Shown: positions 10,339 through 21,255 of the stretch, piece after piece | Layout of the letters: each line of letters starts with the position of its first letter | Position numbering within the stretch: position 1 is the stretch's first letter | Notes under the pieces: generated by a model | Database searches by the model: none | What the model was told of the DNA's origin: nothing | The model's input: the letters and a program-made list of their open reading frames with translations, nothing else | Translations under genes and position numbers: made by a program | From: Paraspadella gotoi | Taxonomy: Eukaryota; Animalia; Chaetognatha | DNA: 28,085 nucleotides | NCBI GenBank assembly: GCA_051294375.1 | Contig: JBJCIZ010000431.1 | Span: 1 to 28,085, forward strand | Reading direction: 5' to 3'

Positions 10339-10388
10339 ACTATCTCTTGTAGCATTTCCATGTGTTTGGTCGTTAGCTTGAAATCCAT
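10185..10388 (-). CDS. Possible small Cys-rich protein
   Basis: 67-aa ORF with good start context (AAAATGG) and YCEKCQECGC; overlaps the palindrome. Confidence 0.3.
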   Translation of the reverse strand: MDFKLTTKHMEMLQEIVKGLYYCEKCQECGCTFLSDDVITSGHTHYFRYDMTSSERNVHPHSWHFSQ

Positions 10389-11453
10389 TTTGTCTAACAG
10401 GGTTAGGGCATGGAAACGATGTGTGAAGCATCTATAATAATTTAATGATGCTAAAAAAGAGAGAGATTATAACGCTCCTGGTAAAAATTCTGGTAAAATA
10501 TAGATGTAAAAACACTTGAATCCGATTATGTTGTATCTGAAGGGCCACATTTTTTGTCTCTTGTCAAATCATCAACATCTTTATATAAAACAAGCCAGAA
10601 CAAATAGACTGCTTCTGGATGAAAAAACTTTTCATCTGTCTAATAATAAATTGAAAATAAATTAATTTGAAATTTGCGAGAATGAAAATGAAAAATAGAT
10701 AAAAGTTGAAATTTGAGATTTTTAGAGTAGAGGAATAGATAAGTAGGAGTCTATGTCGTTCTTAGAAATCGAGAAGACTTTTTCAATGCAGATTTTGTTA
10801 AAATCTGAACTACCAACATGTAAACGCCCCTGGGAAAATTCAGGTAAAAAAATAGATGTAAAAACACTCGATTTAGATCCTGTTGCATCTCAAGAGCTTG
10901 CATTTTTTTCCTCTTGACAAATAACCATCATTTTGGCATCAAACCATCAGATTCAAATGGACTGGTCCGCTTGGGAAAATATTTTTGACACAATTTTTAT
11001 ATATAAGATAAAGGGATTTCTCCACTTCAATGCAATGTAAATGCATTAACATACATTGTGATTTTACAATAAACTTCAAATTCAGGAATCCGATAGCCAT
11101 ATGTCTGAAGGGCTCTCAAAATTTTTTCTTTACATTTTATTTAGTTATTGTTAATATGATACAATCCTGGTAAAGTGAATTAGTCCATTTGGTGAAATTT
11201 TTATTAAAGTAAAAGTAAAAGAGGAGCTAACAATCAGAATCTAAGAGTTTTTAACCGGAGTCAGATTCAGGGAAAAATCTTCTATGGCAAAAATCTTCCA
11301 AAGAAGGGGTGGATTTCCGAAGATTTTGGGTTAATATTTTCTATAATTTATGGTCGGATTCTTTTGAAACTTAACAATAGCAATATTGCCATCATTCTAA
11401 CATTGGGCGGTATAAGATACATTAAAAAAACCTCTGGCTTTTTTTGTCAGATC

Positions 11454-11900
11454 TTAGTCCTAAGATAGGTAAAGATTAAAGTGAAATATATAAGACTTAA
11501 ATAAGAGCTCAAAATGGATCAATTCCAATGCTTGATGTGCTGTTCAGTGCAAAAAGGGCGGTTCATTGGAATTCACTTGGCGCTCAATAATTACCCTCTG
11601 TGGGCTTTCAAGAAGGCAAGGTATTGGCAGAAACCGGCTGAGGGTAGCGGCAGTAGGGGGCTACCAAAGTAACCGCTGACGCTGGTCCATCCTCTGCCAC
11701 CCAAGGAGGATGGTTGGGATCTTGCTGCTGAAGTGCCTACCGCGCCCGACCCAAGCGCAAATGTAAGATAGCAGAAGCCTCCAGGAACGTGGGCCACCTG
11801 TCCCTCTCCTACCACCAGGGATCACTGAGCCATAAGCTGGATGCGAAGTAAGTAGTTGAGCATTACCTCTCGGTTATTTCAGTTACCACCCAAGGACTAA
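11454..11900. other. GC-rich structured island bounded by short inverted repeats (copy at 19078-19524)
   Basis: TTAGTCCT...AGGACTAA ends; internal hairpins such as CCATCCTC/GAGGATGG; no convincing ORF. Confidence 0.4.
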
Positions 11901-11918
11901 ACAAAAATATTAATTTAG

Positions 11919-12110
11919 TTTTTTATCGAGCCATGACCGGCGAAGCCGGTTCAGGCTCTATAATGTTTTAGGTTTGCTTTATTGTGACGTCATCGTCGTC
12001 GTCATCGTCGTCGTCGTTCGGCGTCGTCGTCGTCGTCGGCGTCACGCTATTTTTATATAAAAACTACTACGCTTTTATAGGTTTGGTTGGGACTTACCGT
12101 TTTTTTTAAA
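11919..12110 (+). mobile_element. 5' end of non-autonomous Helentron (HINE/DINE-1-like) element (copy at ~18870-19058, minus)
   Basis: T-run, then hairpin GAGCC..ACCGGC-GAA-GCCGGT..GGCTC, then a (CGT/GTC)n microsatellite. Confidence 0.6.
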
Positions 12111-12159
12111 TAAAAATTATTATGAATTATGATAAAGTTTTACAAAAATGTGTGATCAA

Positions 12160-12666
12160 TGTAAGTTAAAAATTTAGATATGGCTTCTCATCTTGAAAAT
12201 AGCTTTGATATTTTCTTATTACATTAGGATTTAATGTATTTTTGTTTGAATTTCCACTTCATTATGATTTACTGCAATATGCAAATGTGATTATAGTACT
12301 ATTATAATATTCAAATTAGTATATAGAAATGCTTTAATCTAATTTACATATTGCAGTATATCATCGCAGAGGAATCAAGACTCAAGAATCGAATCGGATC
12401 AACGGATCGGATCAACGGATCGGATCAATGGATCGGATCGGAAATACAATGGAACATTCTCATTGGTTGAAAGACAAATGGCACCGGCCAATGAACAAAT
12501 GGTCGGGATATTTTACCCTTACCTCGATCCGTTTGGGCTGTATAAAAGGGAACCGAATTCTGTATTGATTCACTCTGCCTTGAAATTGACACCGTCTTGT
12601 TTATCGTTTATTTTCGAAGAAATAAAATCCACTTTGGTTTCGCTCAGAAATCCCTGTCTACTTACT
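12160..12666 (+). repeat. 5' LTR (~507 bp)
   Basis: Ends TGTAAGT (AGTAAGT in the other copy) and ACTTACT; CCAAT boxes, TATAAAAG at 12541, AATAAA at ~12621, CGGATCAA repeats; followed by the PBS. Confidence 0.65.
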
Positions 12667-12672
12667 AAATTG

Positions 12673-12690
12673 TGGTGACAGGAGTGGATT
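12673..12690 (+). promoter_or_regulatory. Primer-binding site, tRNA-Leu-like
   Basis: TGGTGACAGGAGTGGATT resembles the complement of the tRNA-Leu 3' end (TGGTGTCAGGAGTGGGAT). Confidence 0.75.
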
Positions 12691-12761
12691 CGACACACCA
12701 CATCTCCACAAAGAGGAACTCGCCTTACCCCACACCAAAGACTACGCCACCCTTAAAGAAA

Positions 12762-13960
12762 ATGGACACACCCACCCCCCCAACAATCCACATGCGCTAA
12801 AGTGGGATGGAAAAAAGGGGTCGCGACGCCAACCACGGGCGCCGCGCTGGACAAGACGGTAGCAGCACCACAGCAGACCACGAGTTCTACACGTTTGAAC
12901 TCAACGGTTACCTGCAGGAACACTGCCAATTGGGCAACGACCAGGCAGAGGTCACCCGCCAGGTGCTCAAAGTGATCAACGACGTCAATCAACAAAACAA
13001 GCAAGAGATTGCCATCTTAAAAAATCGCGTCAAAGACTGCGAAGCAAACCTTGGAACAAAGATCGACGACCTCCGCGGAATGATGAAGCAAATGATGACC
13101 CAAGTCAGCAACAATAATCACCGGGAAGTCAATGAGAGGCTCATGGCTTCTCTTGCGCCCAAGCCTCACCCTCAGGATTTATACCCTGATCTCCGCGAAG
13201 CCGCTCGTCCGGATCAACCTCGCAAAACTTTTTAAGACAACCGTCAGTGAAACCTTGTCAAAGCTCCAGAGACGAAACGCCGTCAGAAAGCGGGAGGAGC
13301 GACCCGCCCTCTTACACCCATCGAGCAACCAATTAAGATCGAGAAAGAGAGATCTGACGAATCCCCTGCCGACTTTCTCTGCAGCTTCTATGAAGCATTT
13401 AAAGACTCACCAACGCCGGATAAAGTCGACCAACAGCTACGCGCTCTCCTCGCCAGAAGACAAAGTCGCTAGTCGTTACGTCGAGCCCATAAACAATCTA
13501 TGTGGCTTGGACTGAGAGCACTCTGCGAAGGCTCCACTGTGAGCATCGCTGAAGCCCTCGTGGAAGCAAAGATCGAAGTAGATCCGCACGTTCACGCCAA
13601 ATACGGATTGGCGCTCGTCAACGCCGCCAGAGACTCTTGAATGGACGACGTTACTTGAGGAAGGCCAAACCCGCCGCCTTGGAAAAGCAAAGAGGCTAAG
13701 AGGCTAAGAGGCTACCTCAAGAAAACCACCGACGTTGCCGTCAGGAAAGTCGTCAAAACAGTATCGGAGGACGACAAAGAAAATTGGTCAATGCCTTAGT
13801 GCAAAAAGGCAGACGACAAAATCAAAATGCCAGCGCGACTTCTTCTATCAAGGCTCAATGTTGCAAGAGATAAACAACAAGAGCGAGATGATGAAGGAGA
13901 TTAAGAAGGAACTCGGGAGATCCGGACGCCAATTTGATCGTCAAGATGATCGTTTTGAAT
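12762..13960 (+). pseudogene. gag: Gag (frameshifted)
   Basis: First ATG after the PBS; coiled-coil segment in ORF 12807-13235; helical capsid-like continuation. Assigned mainly by position. Confidence 0.65.
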
Positions 13961-15097
13961 GACGAGAACGGCGCAGCCCCAACAGGGACCAGGAAAAAAG
14001 ATATCGCAAAAAGTTGCGATTGGAAAAGTGACAAGAAGCAAAAACTGGCGTGAAGAGAGGAAAGAGAGAAAAAGCCAAGGCTTGGAAGAAGAGGACATCG
14101 TAGACTTAACTCGAGACATTGACATTGATCTGCGGTTTGATCTTGATGATAATAAAATGAATTCTATTACGGACCGTGTTACAAATAAAACCAGAAAAGT
14201 AGAAAAAGTCGAAAGAAAGCAAAGAGCAATTAAAAGACTCTTACAAAAAGCTTGGAGAAAAAGTAATGTCGATCAGCGCAAAAAACGTTAAAGCTTGCCT
14301 CGCCAATAAGGTGAAAGAATTGGTTGAAACAGCGAAAGGCTGAGAGGTAAGTCAACAGCATCACGGATGCACAAATTACTTAGACCTCTCAACGCTGACA
14401 AACTCGCCCTCGCCAACAAGTTCCTCCACAAGATGGGATGGAAAGAGTGGCCTCACACAGATGAGGCCGGGAAAAGAGCCATCATTTCGAGATCGAAAGC
14501 TTGTGCCAAGCTAATGAGGAGGGCTAGACGTAACGCCACTGATCAGCAAATCAATCAACCAATGAGTCGACCAATCAACAACAATCAACAAACCGGCAGA
14601 TCAGTTCGACCAAAGAACTCGATAAATCAACTCGACTTATCAACCCGACCGGGTCAACTCAATCACTCGACGAGTCGACTAAACCAGACAATCAGTCACT
14701 CGACCAGTCAACTTGACCGAGTCATCAGTCACTTGATGTCCTTCCTATTGCTTATCCTCACCCTCGCCCAAAACAGAATAGACCAAACCCAACGAAACGT
14801 AGTGGAAAGTGGGACTAAGAAAAATTACGACCAGCTGGCAGCAAAAACAATCCTACTTATTGCAATAATAGCCGGCGAACAAACTGGAGAATCTCTCCAT
14901 CAGGCAACGATCAGGCGAATTGAAATTGAATGCCATCAACCAGAAACCTTCTATCCTTCAAAAGCAAAACAAGAAATTTGAGAGGGATGAAATGGACATG
15001 CCCGTCCTGCCCGAAGAGATTGTCAATCCGACACAGGGAGGACCTGGACCAAAGCCCAGAGACGATACTAATCTTGCTTACCACACTGGCAAGAACA

Positions 15098-15400
15098 GTT
15101 ACATTCCAGCGGTAATTGCAGATGCACCCGCTAGTTGCTTATATGACACAGGCCGCTCCATCAACACGGTACCAGGAAATTCGTTGAAAATGGGGTTTGT
15201 CATGTCACGTTTACCGAAGGATCACCAATTACTTTTATCAACGGCCACTGGAACGATCACCCTGACTGAAAGAATAACCTGAGGGTGATGTTTCAATGCT
15301 GGTACTACGAACTGTCTTTCATGTCTCGGCCGACGAAAAAGACCAAGACATAATAATGGAACTGCTATTACAAACCCAGGCCCACCCAACCAACTCTGGG
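15098..15400 (+). pseudogene. pol: Retroviral-type aspartic protease
   Basis: YIPAVIADAPASCLYDTGRSIN; DTG at 15145-15153. Confidence 0.8.
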
Positions 15401-16039
15401 TAGTCCAACCATCCGATCAGAGACAAGATCTCTAGGTCGCCTCAATGGACAACAAACCCATCACGCACCTCTTTGGAAAAAAAACACGAAGCTTTAAAAG
15501 CAGCGAGATGGTTGGCGCGGGGAAACTCGATGAGCAAATCACCTTACCAATACATGCCGAAAAAGGATCAAAGACGGAAAAACTAGACTGACCTCCAACA
15601 AGGCTTATTGGAAAACTTTAACAGGGACGAGGTGGATCATCGAAGCAGAAAATGACGACAGGATGTACATCGCCGATGGTGACAATTAAAAGAAGGAGTT
15701 GAATAGACACTGAACCTGGTCACTGGGGAACAGCACGCCCTCTGATCACTAACGAGGCTAAACCGAGTTAAACTCGAAACCAATGCCACCAGTAACAAGC
15801 CGACTTAACAGGAAAAGAACCTCTGTTGAGGAAGGTCCGCAAGGATCACATCCCTGCTACAACTATAGTTCACCATAAACCAAGCGTTGAGGAACTTAAA
15901 GCAGTGGAAGAAGCTCGCCAGAGGAGAAAACAAAAACATGACGACCGGGGCAAGGAAGCTTTTTTGAAGCCATTCAAAGACGTAGACCCTAGCCTCAAGA
16001 AAAAGCCCAACTTGTTTGGGATGTCGTCTGGGATTATCG

Positions 16040-16870
16040 GGATGTGTTTGGAGAATCCATTAACGACTGCAAAGAGGGTTTCCTCAATTACAAGGGCTAC
16101 ACAAACGACGATCTCCCGAAACAAAAATTCGCTAATCAGGGACCCGTCAAGAAGGCCGCTCTCAAACGTTATCTAGAAGTCTACGAAAAAGCTGGCATAG
16201 TTTCTAGAACCAAGGAACGAGGCATATTCAATACGCCTTCCTAATCAAGAAACCCGGACACATCGCTGAAGGCCAGGACCAAATGAACGACGAAAACATT
16301 TGCAAAGCCAGTGGCGATGATATGCGACCACTCTACTGCAATGAATAATAACATATCCACTTACGCAACGACCTAAAACTATAGCTCAATATCTGGAAAC
16401 AATACAAGCCTCACGAGCTCCAATCGTCCGTCGACATCTTGGCATGTTTCCCCAGTGTAAATCTCACAAGCCACTGCAAACCCGTCCACAACTTTTGCTG
16501 GAGCGGCACAACTGGTGGATGAAACAAGCTGCGCAATGGGAAGAGTCAACAAGCGTAAAACGTCCTCACAAGCCATCCTAGACGCAAATTTTTCCAGGAT
16601 TTAGGCACAGACATAAAAGGTTTCTCGTTTATGTCGACGACCTAACATCCATAGAAAGACATGGCCCAGAGACTGCGCGACCTCTTGCAAAGATGTAGAG
16701 ATGAAAACGTGGTCCTCAAATGGACAAAAAGTGTGTTTTCTATGCGCGCAAGGAGGATATAAATCCTGGGGCTTCAGTATCTCCAAAAGCAAACTCATGC
16801 CACAAAAGAGAAAAGCTTGACGCCGTTCGAAATCAAACTTAAGTCGCTTAAACGCAGAAAGGAACTCCAG
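16040..16870 (+). pseudogene. pol: Reverse transcriptase (frameshifted)
   Basis: EKAGIV...FNTP(FLIKKP), F-V-YVDD-L at 16630-16641, downstream KKC and LG-like motifs. Confidence 0.85.
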
Positions 16871-16906
16871 AGCTAATGTTANNNNNNNNNNNNNNNNNNN
16901 NNNNNN

Positions 16907-17485
16907 TCCCTCCGCCAGAGGGGGAACCCAAAGGTTCTGCTAAGTCGTGTTACGTCGAGCCCATAAACCAAATCTATTGGGTGACTGAGAGCACTCTGCG
17001 AAGGCTCCACTGTGAGCATACGCTGAAGACCCTCTCGGATAAGCAAACGATCGAAGTAATCCGCACGTTCACGCAAATACGGGGATTGGCGCTCGTCAAG
17101 CCGCCAGAGAAAGAATTGCTGAGTGAGGCCGTGAAGAAAAAGAATAGGCTTTTTCAATCCCGGCTAGAATACCGTAGTGCTGGTCCGACTCGTGTCGGAA
17201 CAAGCCCCAGTTCGAACTTATGTTTACCCGGAAGTACGTGCCAGAGGAACTCGTTGAATTGGAAACGTACTTTAGTTGTGAAGCTGAAGCCATTAATACC
17301 GGACGGCGTTGGAAAGCATTGCAAGTACAAAGCTAACGAGGGCTACCTCAAGAAACGCCAGCGATCTGGTTGCGTGAGGAAAGTTCGCTCAACAAAACGT
17401 AGTATCGAGACATTCAAGGAGAAAAATCATTTGGGATCACTTGTTTGCGTGAGGTGCAAAAAGGGCTTGTCGACCGACAAATAAT
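16907..17485 (+). mobile_element. Error-rich second copy of gag segment ~13447-13825
   Basis: Shares TACGTCGAGCCCATAAAC, GAGAGCACTCTGCGAAGGCTCCACTGTGAGCAT and GGCTACCTCAAGAAA with many insertions. Confidence 0.85.
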
Positions 17486-18819
17486 TCAAGAATCAGCGCC
17501 GAAATAACGTTCCATATTCTGTACCAAGGCGCGTAGCTGTTGGTCGACTTTATCCGGCGTTGGTGAGTCTTTAAATGCTTCATAGAAGCTGCAGAGAAAG
17601 TCGGCAGGGGATTCGTCAGATCTCCTTTTCTCGATCTTAATTGGTTGCTCGGATGGGGTGTAAGAGGGCGGGTCGCTCCTCCCGCTTTCTGACGGCGTTT
17701 CGTCTCTGGAGCTTTGACAAGGTTTCACTGACGGTTGTCTTAAAAAGTTTTTGCGAGGTTGATCCGGACGAGCGGCTTCGCGGAGATCAGGGTATAATCC
17801 TGAGGGTGAGGCTTGGGCGCAAGAGAAGCCCATGAGCCTCTCATTGACTTCCCGGTGATTATTGTTGCTGACTTGGGTCATCATTTGCTTCATCATTCCG
17901 CGGAGGTCGTCGATCTTTGTTCCAAGGTTTGCTTCGCAGTCTTTGACGCGATTTTTTAAGATGGCAATCTCTTGCTTGTTTTGTTGATTGACGTCGTTGA
18001 TCACTTTGAGCACCTGGCGGGTGACCTCTGCCTGGTCGTTGCCCAATTGGCAGTGTTCCTGCAGGTAACCGTTGAGTTCAAACGTGTAGAACTCGTGGTC
18101 TGCTGTGGTGCTGCTACCGTCTTGTCCCAGCGCGGCGCCCTGTGGTTGGCGTCGCGGACCCCTTTTTCCATCCCACTTTAGCGCATGGGATTGTTGGGGG
18201 GGTGGGTGTGTCCATTTTCTTTAAGGGTGGCGTAGTCTTTGGGTGTGGGGTAAGGCGAGTTCCTCTTTGTGGAGATGTGGTGTGTCGAATCCACTCCTGT
18301 CACCACAATTTAGTAAGTAGACAGGGATTTCTGAGCGAAACCAAAGTGGATTTTATTTCTTCGAAAATAAACGATAAACAAGACGGTGTCAATTTCAAGG
18401 CAGAGTGAATCAATACAGAATTCGGTTCCCTTTTATACAGCCCAAACGGATCGGAGGTAAGGGTAAAATATCCCGACCATTTGTTCATTGGCCGGTGCCA
18501 TTTGTCTTTCAACCAATGAGAATGTTCCATTGTATTTCCGATCCGATCCATTGATCCGATCCGTTGATCCGATCCGTTGATCCGATTCGATTCTTGAGTC
18601 TTGATTCCTCTGCGATGATATACTGCAATATGTAAATTAGATTAAAGCATTTCTATATACTAATTTGAATATTATAATGAGTACTATAATCACATTTGCA
18701 TATTGCAGTAAATCATAATGAAGTGGAAATTCAAACAAAAAATACTTAAATCCTAATGTAATAAGAAAATATCAAAGCTATTTCAAGATGAGAAGCCATA
18801 TCTAAATTTTTAACTTACT
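17486..18819 (-). mobile_element. Inverted copy of Gypsy LTR (18312-18819), PBS (18288-18305) and gag 5' part
   Basis: Reverse complement of 12160-13444; ORF 17486-18046. Confidence 0.9.
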
Positions 18820-20516
18820 ATGATCACACATTTTTGTAAAACTTTATCATAATTCATAATAATTTTTATTTAAAAAAAACGGTAAGTCCCAACCAAACCT
18901 ATAAAAGCGTAGTAGTTTTTATATAAAATAGCGTGACGCCGACGACGACGACGACGCCGACGACGACGACGATGACGACGACGATGACGTCACAATAAAG
19001 CAAACCTAAAACATTATAGAGCCTGAACCGGCTTCGCCGGTCATGGCTCGATAAAAAACTAAATTAATATTTTTGTTTTAGTCCTTGGGTGGTAACGAAA
19101 TAACCGAGAGGTAATGCTCAACTACTTACTCGATCCAGCTTATGGCTCAGTGATCCCCTGGTGGTAGGAGAGGGACAGGTGGCCCACGTTCCTGGGAGGC
19201 TTCTGCTTATCTTACATTTGCGCTGTGGTGGGCGCGGTAGGCACTTCAGCAGCAAGATCCCAACCATCCTCCTTGGGGGCAGAGGATGGACCAGCGTCAG
19301 CGGTTACTTTGGTAGCCCCCTACTGGCCGCTACCCTCAGCCGGTTTCTGCCAATACCTTGCCTTCTTGAAAGCCCACAGAGGGTAATTATTGAGCGCCAA
19401 GTGAATTCCAATGAACCGCCCTTTTTGCACTGAATCAGCACATCAAGCATTGGAATTGATCCATTTTGAGCTCTTATTTAAGTCTTATATATTTCACTTT
19501 AATCTTTACCTATCTTAGGACTAAGATCTGACAAAAAAAGCCAGAGGTTTTTTTAATGTATTCTTATACCGCCCAATGTAGAATGATGGCAATATTGCTA
19601 TTGTTAAGTTTCAAAAGAATCCGACCATAAATATAGAAAATATTAACCAAAATCTTCGGAAAATCCACCCCTTCTTTGGAAGATTTTTGCCATAGAAGAT
19701 TTTTCCTGAATCTGACTCCCGGTTAAAAACTCTTAGAATTCTGATTGTTAGCTCCTCTTTTACTTTTACTTTAAATAAAAATTTCACCAAAATGGACTAA
19801 TTCACTTTACCAGGATTGTATCATATTAAAATAACTAAATAAAATGTAAAGAAAAATTTTGAGAGCCCTTCAGACATATGGCTATCGGATTCCTGAATTT
19901 GAAGTTTATTGTAAAATCACAATGTATGTTAAATGCATTTACATTGCATTGAAGTGGAGAAATCCCTTTATCTTATATATAAAAATTGTGTCAAAAATAT
20001 TTTCCCAAGCGGACCAGTCCATTTGAATCTGATGGTTTGATGCCAAAATGATGGTTATTTGTCAAGAGGAAAAAAAATGCAAGCTCTTGAGATGCAACAG
20101 GATCTAAATCGAGTGTTTTTACATCTATTTTTTTACCTGAATTTTTCCCAGGGGCGTTTACATTGTTTGGTAGTCAGATTTTAACAAAAATCTGCATTGA
20201 AAAAGTCTTCTCGATTTCTAAGAACGACATAGACTCCTACTTATCTATTCCTCTACTCTAAAAATCTCAAATTTCAACTTTTATCTATTTTTCATTTTCA
20301 TTCTCGCAAATTTCAAATTAATTTATTTTCAATTTATTATTAGACAGATGAAAAGTTTTTTCATCCAGAAGCAGTCTATTTGTTCTGGCTTGTTTTATAT
20401 AAAGATGTTGATGATTTGACAAGAGACAAAAAATGTGAGCCCTTCAGATACAACATAATCGGATTCAAGTGTTTTTACATCTATATTTTACCAGAATTTT
20501 TACCAGGAGCGTTTAT
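17529..20516 (-). repeat. Right arm of ~3-kb inverted duplication
   Basis: Reverse complement of 10468-13444. Confidence 0.95.
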
Positions 20517-20603
20517 ATTGTTTGGTAGTCAGATTTGAACAAAAATCTCCATTGAAAAAGTCTTCCTCGATCTCAAAGAACGACGTAGACTTCTATCTTT
20601 ATT
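19860..20603 (-). pseudogene. Diverged ~350-bp tandem units, possibly decayed MATH/TRAF-like domains (copy at 10468-11125)
   Basis: Units translate with stops to VGVYVVL..REDFFN.DFC...KR.W.KF..IDVKTL..D.V.SEGLTFF.SCQI, reminiscent of the MATH C-terminal half. The tandem duplication itself is directly visible. Confidence 0.3.
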
Positions 20604-20728
20604 TGTTTCAAAGTCATGATATTGGCAGAAGATTTAGTAGTTAATAGTTTGATTTGGTCTTTTCATGCCAATAATATAAAAGGAAAACAAATTATTTCTG
20701 GAAGTTACATAATATTTATTTTTATTTT

Positions 20729-20730
<2 letters not shown>

Positions 20731-20759
<29 letters not shown>
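20731..20759 (+). repeat. (CTA)n microsatellite
   Basis: Perfect run. Confidence 0.95.
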
Positions 20760-20761
<2 letters not shown>

Positions 20762-21255
20762 GACCCCGTTTATTATTATCTCTCCTATCTGAGGTCAAGA
20801 ATGTTCTACTAAATTCATCAGAGATTATGGTCTCTTCGGTCTTCAGTCTCTTCGGAGGCGTGGGTTTTTATTCCACCGCTGCCACCAGATAGTTAGTAGC
20901 TAGTCACATAGCTAGTTTGAGGTATTGAGCTAGTTTGCCTAAACTATGGCACGTGGATATTTGTTTACCTTTTTATGATGTTTTACAAAGAGAGTGAAAC
21001 TTTGTGCATAGCCTGGCCACAGAGAAGCAGGAGAGAGACGCAGAGGATGAGAGAAAAAGGGAGAGTGATAATAACCCATGAGAGATCTCTTTTATACTGT
21101 TAGAATACAGTGACGACACGATACAGTAGCGATCATTACAGTGATGTTTCGAAAGGATCGATCGCCACTCATGGGGTTGCAATTGTAGGTTAAATTTGTC
21201 GATCCCTTACATTTTAAAAACCCCCTCAAACTAATTTCTACTATATTTTTTTTAG

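Larger units (their letters stand above)
10468..13444 (+). repeat. Left arm of ~3-kb inverted duplication
   Basis: Near-identical to the reverse complement of 17529-20516; differences are mostly 1-bp indels. Confidence 0.95.
12160..16881 (+). mobile_element. Ty3/Gypsy LTR retrotransposon, 5' LTR to RT, truncated by a gap
   Basis: LTR, PBS, gag, aspartic protease, then RT in PR-RT order; heavily frameshifted. Confidence 0.9.

Noticed and set aside
12673-12700. tRNA gene fragment
   Set aside because: Only the 3'-complementary PBS is present; no cloverleaf.
10468-20516. Giant TIR transposon or Polinton defined by 3-kb inverted repeats
   Set aside because: The arms are a patchwork of host repeats plus Gypsy LTR/gag, end mid-repeat, lack a TSD, and enclose only retrotransposon sequence.
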